Assembly: GCA_964430735.1 (NCBI GenBank)
Contig: CAYSFB010000008.1
Span: forward strand, 12,870-76,869
DNA: 64,000 nt
Origin: an uncultured Planctomycetia bacterium
GTDB taxonomy: Bacteria; Omnitrophota; Gorgyraeia; 2-02-FULL-51-18; JAGOUK01
Reading direction: 5' to 3'
The translations under genes and the position numbers were made by a program. The notes beneath the pieces were generated by a model. That model was given only the letters and a program-made list of their open reading frames with translations, had not been told where the DNA came from and did not search any database. Positions 62,501 through 64,000 of the stretch are shown here, one piece after another. Numbering within the stretch: the first letter of the stretch is position 1; each line of letters starts with the position of its first letter.

Positions 62501-63371
62501 CGGACAGGCTGAATTGGCCCTGTCGGATGGCGAGGTCGCCGTCGTGATCGATTTAATTCAGAAGGGCGCCCAAGTGAGTTGGAAGCGCGAAGGCGAAACG
62601 GAGTGGCGGCTCGTGATCGAAGATCAAAACAGCGGCGCCATCAAGAAGATCTGGGCACCGGTGGTTCAGGAGACCCGTCTGAGCGCCGAGAACGCGCTCA
62701 AAGCGGACCTGGCGGTGTTCGAACTTCTCCTGGCAGCCGCCAAGGAATTGAATCTTCCGATCCGGCCGGTCAATTACCGGTTGAACGTGACGCAGATGCT
62801 CTCCGCGATCGACGCCGAGAACCGCGCCGACATTGTCGAAAAATTAAAGGTGGTTTTGACCCGCGCGCACGAGCAGGGCTTCGGATCGTTTTTCTATGCG
62901 GCCGAGGACGCCGCGTGGGGTCTGCCGCAATTCGAGCGTGCCAAGGACGCCTCACGTCCCGGCCAGGACGCGCCCGAAACGACGCTGCGCAACCTCAAGG
63001 CCTTGAACCCGGAAGGGGAGATCGGCTACGGGATTTTTTACAAGCAGAACAAGAACGAGTTCATACCTCTGATGAGTACGCTGCTGGCTCAGAACCTGCT
63101 GACGCAGATCCTCGGTCAGCCGGCCGACACTCAGGAGGCCAAGGACGCCAGGTCGAAGGCCCTGGCCGCCCTGGAGCCCATCTTCCAGAAGCTCACCCGT
63201 TCGACCATCCGTCTGAGCGGCAGCGAAGCCTTCTTTACCGGAGTCCCGGTGAACGCCGACGCGGACGCCTACGACCCGTACTCGGTCAAAGGCCTCTCGC
63301 TCCGCGGCTACATCGACCTCCTGGTCTACCTCCAGGGCCTGCGCAAAGCAACGGTCGACACAGCCGCCTAA
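50523..63371 (+). CDS. Giant multidomain protein 3 (about 4,280 aa). It has the paralogue-shared signal peptide and N-domain, followed by embedded adenylate-kinase-, D-2-hydroxyacid-dehydrogenase- and hexokinase-like modules and a coiled coil.
   Basis: Uninterrupted ORF. The track places the start at GTG 50421. ATG 50523 is preferred because it gives a signal-peptide-like 'MKALGVSRLRVTSFILCMTFVAQDAAFAAP'. 'SKTLFLLQDAHTNESGQINLANALRQ' and 'VLVTGGFHTPNLKELLKRKGISYVSIRP' align with giants 1 and 2. Confidence 0.85.
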   Translation: MKALGVSRLRVTSFILCMTFVAQDAAFAAPSPMLPQPASAFTIPQVAFRLPESVAQIDDGYAAPNASKTLFLLQDAHTNESGQINLANALRQILPSEGITHVFTEASQGDMSVGYFKKVFEPKVMEPVAMSYLRKGVLKGDEYLGLTSDLNFTIWGVEDPSLYNAALEAYKKVADQRTAVLGYLDRLTRTASVLKEALYGPDLKSVDSARAAYLKGDKPLTDYFEALHVMAKKTGVYLPQYRHLSRLKAIRSLESRVDFKAAAAEQDKAIQSLPQQVQSDLRAASRKSRSPFRIGGDDHAADKGFYALLEASLRDASGAETASAKTGSYPELFKYFSYLKASKKLDAQGVLNEIEALERDVFGRLAAADDAALLVKLSRNLESLTRMIELKLTPDEFADYLRNEPSFDIRIISGFFNKKIMDLAKHYDRTVLLEGEYSEASAAAKKFYELALDRDRAFIAGTLKKMDAAKLDKAVLVTGGFHTPNLKELLKRKGISYVSIRPQVSHETNTDRYEDLLFRQLASAQKAARAATSARASSSGQHAAMTAHIEMPIPAVQAARLAMVRDFADAAQADNQTVPADLGGALAAARLAVRSGGRSAVLESLEERDYLTPVVPLDPATGVDTGYATEFREEIAAAQGIYNPGLINDTSSTDIPQKVSEFTNRYRASFFRMDKDYNYLAEDNKYAWLRFNRGRIPAENGGGPSGRFDPGPRNLSINPYAAMPVNSQIRLKHIDRIQQSLPDEIPVDVRIDTNSGELILTDVDGLESSRIPLLPELADKAEESASDEALRITDADGWTRGPFTILIIKGERGGEAEQPVATIFIKSDRSKGVVDAVLVRTADLSQMVLDPAFDERVDEGRLPIGISTGRSGSNASVRMRPDEIHDLIILFEKDQTRLKTNALTPPVVDDVMSQGAEFWESAFPAGVDAPGLPPAAVDRVFNGLGDAGDAMSDALKRLTSGARLAAEWTRRTLLKWAAVSAGWGAVLAPFKKLLYAEPQNSWDAAVDRTIRNLSRRISLEKIEQGLEGELRNRNLTLISAVGSPNWGEDGATIDSQQQFGIFEFNYATGTGRVVKDYKDAAGLLADRELTAGLKPSAAGRIQEFVQLRFAKTNRPLTQKWSDRSFWVRIGNGPAGSSGTTLRYLFRYDHDRYLMTDLDGEEVLGYADRDAVTNSGFKSLSVDLREWLRNREAFIAGQHRAYPDAAAKDPKALDAITEMNFMVAGDRNNPVFLMSAPYEDTVPSNGGVYRPLIYAPHWDRHSDGTLNARPLQIHTNPAAIVADMEGDERSIGNGVERRVAPPKRAAAYEAVSKALEGGYYLRQDAALVLGNEQLRGNIELFEYRGKDAAKSADQILNLHLRKIRAHQSRFRSSTYGEMAEKLKSEDPAEWRNLDRQIRGWWRKTGEAKPAAPAVRAVSDSLLNLNEQQVSGLLNRYADDTAESGIIYEELAGGKIVPAFIRIPGWSYSARNVHFALLKPLAEELDRRGLDSSNVLSPQVLAHLLEKVRQQRLDRARPEGAGARFAAASIVRFAADLALDLADAVRALWVGWTLPKDPALQTERFLDRIEQEPIVLQAESEERVIAMARRHLRRLMAGYSLEAMQQIPAGITHTIDRDSPRTQYGRPDALNPEHIITENHPILTIRLTDAESLRRKVRRNGAIVFIGPPGAGKGEQSKYLRREFGAAVIGPGNYFRGVDKLKELGGVDVPNDPNLEYFDEAALTQIYRHIQGILDRQKADLADMRSGGLMKDDSTIEIINYLLSFDVFANAPLLVFDGFPRTTGQYDAILEGRVKVGGPQGRALKIGAHIVMNFSSDAVMRETIERRFRRPDRSGRADADKEIQRAETYNRETRPIVDFLLNRPNTIRLFADDRHPTDPAASIQLATKELEDGLRAIVNGARLAEGVGNSDFNLLVQHAGTRIRDTVEALQLSDEKGLADADHEAGEQLKKVFEVLYAGNVEILPAAPGHHTDIKFIKGENPRRQLHIEFHPADAQNAEREMARQLVRLGMLLLVLDPSVHKTSEAILNLQRDRFMKADILLTRTRSSHQDPPFSRTDKMKIEREMYQIIQMTDEERAAHEAMIKVAQAEDRAKAERQRRLDVAAGKIEPHVSSALSLYVSQTTHMIEKTRSLGVLEISWMAYAPDVVKVMMISDSAGRQEALADLMASIINATMQAAAKSGLWETPGRGAKFDPIQVQELLENVAQGLINFARSRRAAGEEPTDIKTQLLSAADLIVPNEQIYSYLRTPRFNRWLRDAIDKRSVKTNASDTVASASGAAETVKQIMGAVAMAAARPDSAGVLLIGSTRTGSKTQLALPAPSSSIASASPGSTSAAGRAQAGMPAAGLLDFVGDARGYVFSFEEGYTANPDILVPAMSHALQAAKTVEQWLAQPSDEFIGGLRISELLQAEDGRVGQIGRWLAYVASLYFYPNTSASADDGRRSPGTIEAAWNAFRNRSKLVTDDTLIEAIETMKSVKNNPTVYSKTELSFAWYVAFLIASYLEPLQESEKKSAAEVIDKTLVEMGERPDYAVFQLIRVIVVQMQMKAMKFDTSVQTEKPKARQAASAADTSSNPQFEPIAETAVEAPRGVQALRVTNTEASFEGFLARVSEIGSSAADALDQEDTKIAIPVLRLLIGGHLDADPDDKTGDYQTTLRNVKRKTHPDIVTKDETLDATARETLVAMHKALNVIETYVDSPLNLKETRSAVKELRQTVSKHLQWKSEITQRLAQSVEERHRELIEALKQIGEQQNSGMKNVGEKLDALTRQIDELVKTGRSNSEQLSTLSQQVQEMKQQIRSSGETPSQAGARFAQSDAAVVKVLYAAPVTEKTLKAVNAVRTIAQSFGGAAELVEEFSEQADEAFIRAAIEKHRPAIAVFRSNVTFTPELIAFAKQHGVQELLRAGAGYDNVDFEASVREQISLATTGGNAEAVAYLSMRFLLAALGGQEMTASDVDFSSDPAWSEVGHDPADFTKALASSEKAGRGVMPADQSAAVFKNLSADQVKELFAKLEGKTISLLAFGPVAQAFAAKLQKVRELTGVNFTVVAYSPALASGDPSRAKAAAELGVQIAKTKQEAISAANVLSIHYFDKNDPVTAAELAGNAGLEVVLNTARLHSLDLKEALPALLDRGVRVYTDADLAKKGAELPEVAEFKTKHPNYAQNLILVPHIGAFTQTALDGVEDALRDALILSLAKLTDEEPTLAVTPGFTLNIVNKIPLLSPTQIEWKKGYDAARKIIATRSMHATYGRNADIAARDYGKAGDPLSQAYWSGKAAGHRSMASGGRYTASGARLASKAATAKFLAALEPYRIAGTEKARAIQGNYTKAANENLNSYVPRPKGNESGRYIALDFGGTNFRVLIVDMKNGKVIRKKIHPLTIPKQLITSDSSQLFGFIAREIKKVMAKEKLSLDTVQNLGFSFAFRVKQISIDRGTLDHWTKEFKVKGVVGEEVVGLLNQALEDEGVKNIRVRALVNDVIGTLVTRPDAALAAILGTGTNGGYWDELTGFAVNTEWGAFKGAWKVAATEADRIVNRRSEKPGKQLFEKMVSGKYLGEIARTQINLLRKDGFLKGKALPRLTRQGGVTTTMLSKILEDRTKTLAQVGRYFPGTSANERKVIRAVAHALFTRSADLFVEAVYANLKLSGAYAKSDELIVAIDGSVYSKSKFYRRQVRRATRIHMARWGSRPVRYVQTTDGSGLGTARIAAIASAAARLANSNPADWRIDAVEHLNNAIRRIKASAAQLRAQALILENVKDRDANFTAINADILDHHAVILSKLLGILDKTGHQHQKATDPVVRLMIQEDSNRILPALESMASNLKGQMSILADAPINTGEPAWRTGLKDAMIDLILLEAVISNTLINKSETVPVQGEWSVTVLSHGPKQHVLMIRSGDKIVWRHYVWLGDYDDISIFTKRNPAKLVAGALLKNYKTWSVVSPVNEAGFAEAVQGILVAEFGMALRGTSGARLASTGSLAIAQGVLEPYLKNVAAAINLRGQAELALSDGEVAVVIDLIQKGAQVSWKREGETEWRLVIEDQNSGAIKKIWAPVVQETRLSAENALKADLAVFELLLAAAKELNLPIRPVNYRLNVTQMLSAIDAENRADIVEKLKVVLTRAHEQGFGSFFYAAEDAAWGLPQFERAKDASRPGQDAPETTLRNLKALNPEGEIGYGIFYKQNKNEFIPLMSTLLAQNLLTQILGQPADTQEAKDARSKALAALEPIFQKLTRSTIRLSGSEAFFTGVPVNADADAYDPYSVKGLSLRGYIDLLVYLQGLRKATVDTAA
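55490..56110 (+). other. Adenylate-kinase-like module inside giant protein 3
   Basis: P-loop 'AIVFIGPPGAGKGEQSKYL' (55505-55546) and the NMP-binding 'LLVFDGFPRTTGQYDAIL' (55833-55862). Confidence 0.65.
59130..60120 (+). other. D-isomer-specific 2-hydroxyacid dehydrogenase-like module inside giant protein 3
   Basis: 'IAVFRSNVTFTPELIAFAKQHGVQELLRAGAGYDNVDFEA' (catalytic-domain G.G.DN.D motif) and 'LILVPHIGAFTQTALDGVEDAL' (the C-terminal xPHIxxxT motif). Confidence 0.5.
60530..61640 (+). other. Hexokinase module inside giant protein 3
   Basis: 'GRYIALDFGGTNFRVLIVDMKNGKV' (hexokinase signature LDLGGTNFRV, 60558-60605), 'ALVNDVIGTLVTRP...AILGTGTNGGYWDE', 'EWGAF', 'FEKMVSGKYLGEIAR' and 'VAIDGSVYSK'. 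These occur in the order and spacing expected for the hexokinase fold. Confidence 0.75.
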
Positions 63372-63373
63372 TT

Positions 63374-64000
63374 TTAATTGCGGAAGAGGGATTCGAACGG
63401 CACCGGAACGGGCCGTTCGAACGTCATTTTTTCCCGGGTGACGGGGTGGGTGAAGCTCAGAAACGACGCATGCAGGGCGAGGCGGCTGATCGGGTCCGAC
63501 TGAGCGCCGAACTTTTTGTCGCCGGCGACGGGGCAGCCCAGGTCCGCCATGTGCACGCGGATCTGGTTTTTCCTCCCTGTTTCCAACTCTATTTCCATCA
63601 ATGAATAACGGTTCGAGGACTTGAGCACGCGGTAATGCGTGATCGCTTCCTTGGCGTCGCGGCTTTCTGTATCCGAACTCGTGACGTTGCCGAGCGCGTC
63701 CTCGGTGAGGAAGCTCTGAATGGAGCCTTTTTCGCGTTCGGGCTTGCCCTCCACGACGGCGACATAGATCTTCTGGAAACGGCCCCAGTTTTTCTGCAGT
63801 GTGAGTTTGGCTTCCTCGCTTTTTGCAAAGACCAAGAGTCCCGAGACATCGCGGTCGAGGCGGTGGACGATGAAGATCCGCTCGCGGCCTTTGGACTTTT
63901 CCCTCAAGTAATGCTGCAGCCGGAAATACAGTGTCTTTTCTTTTTCTTTCTCGGTCGCGACGGTGAGAAGCCCCGGCGGCTTGTCGGCGATGATGATGTC
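63374..64000 (-). CDS. RluA-family pseudouridine synthase (5' partial; continues beyond the window end)
   Basis: On the minus strand: 'IIADKPPGLLTVAT...IFIVHRLDRDVSGLLVFAKS...YVAVVEG...GRKNQIRVHMADLGCPVAGDKKFG'. These are the HRLD catalytic-Asp motif and the RluA C-terminal motif. The gene converges with giant gene 3, with the two stops 2 nt apart. Confidence 0.75.
   Translation of the reverse strand, partial: DIIIADKPPGLLTVATEKEKEKTLYFRLQHYLREKSKGRERIFIVHRLDRDVSGLLVFAKSEEAKLTLQKNWGRFQKIYVAVVEGKPEREKGSIQSFLTEDALGNVTSSDTESRDAKEAITHYRVLKSSNRYSLMEIELETGRKNQIRVHMADLGCPVAGDKKFGAQSDPISRLALHASFLSFTHPVTREKMTFERPVPVPFESLFRN

Noticed and set aside
10337-63371. Considered whether the giant ORFs are NRPS/PKS megasynthases, RTX/MARTX toxins, RHS/YD-repeat toxins or large adhesins
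   Set aside because: No NRPS/PKS core motifs were seen by eye: no PCP/ACP GGHSxG or LGGHS, no KS or A-domain signatures, no condensation-domain HHxxxDG. No GGxGxD nonapeptide repeats, no YD repeats, and no tandem Ig/cadherin-like repeat periodicity were seen either. The content is instead a string of unrelated enzyme-like modules.
10337-63371. Considered that the giant ORFs are assembly chimeras or artefacts
   Set aside because: The ORFs are uninterrupted for 12.8-18.4 kb in a GC-rich genome where stop-free stretches of this length do not occur by chance. Domain motifs occur in the correct internal order throughout, and the three share a colinear N-terminal domain. This cannot be excluded without read data.

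Overview
This GC-rich bacterial window is dominated by three tandemly oriented giant ORFs on the + strand: about 18.4 kb (10376..28789), 13.1 kb (37246..50370) and 12.8 kb (50523..63371). Together they fill about 70% of the 64 kb.

The three products are paralogous at their N-termini only. Each begins with a signal-peptide-like segment and a conserved ~540-aa domain carrying two His motifs ('QDAH[TS]N' and 'GG[YF]HT'). Downstream they diverge into mosaics of recognisable enzyme-like and DNA-binding-like modules:
- Giant 1: PRTase-like, eukaryotic-like Ser/Thr kinase-like, SAM-methyltransferase-like, RmlD-like reductase, APH-like kinase, and a sigma-70 region 2/region 4-like segment.
- Giant 2: two GHKL/Hsp90-like ATPase modules, an HExxH site, a SAM-methyltransferase-like module, and a low-GC beta-propeller-like segment.
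- Giant 3: adenylate-kinase-like, D-2-hydroxyacid-dehydrogenase-like and a clear hexokinase module.

A pentapeptide [GA]AR[LF]A (mostly G-A-R-L-A) recurs about 22 times across the three proteins. It encodes with varied synonymous codons, it first appears 30-50 aa after the shared N-domain in all three, and it brackets the recognisable modules (for example the ~290-aa methyltransferase modules in giants 1 and 2, and the hexokinase module in giant 3). This points to a modular, possibly processed, effector-platform architecture. I regard it as the most interesting and probably undescribed signal in the window.

The remaining genes are ordinary:
- the 3' end of an S8-peptidase-like ORF
- a STAS / SDR-epimerase / Maf operon
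- oligoendopeptidase F
- an MNT-HEPN toxin-antitoxin-like pair with tandem palindromic operators over a near-consensus promoter
- a secreted thermonuclease
- an RsmB/F-type methyltransferase
- pntAA-pntAB-pntB
- a MORN/YwqK-like secreted protein
- an APC permease-Usp fusion
- a DUF502-like protein
- an FMN reductase
- a small zinc-ribbon protein
- an SF1 helicase
- an ABC-F ATPase
- the partial 3' end of an RluA-family pseudouridine synthase

An AT-rich 19-26-nt palindromic element (core TAGGGACACGTACTATTTA) occurs five times at three intergenic loci. No rRNA, tRNA, CRISPR array or obvious transposase was seen.
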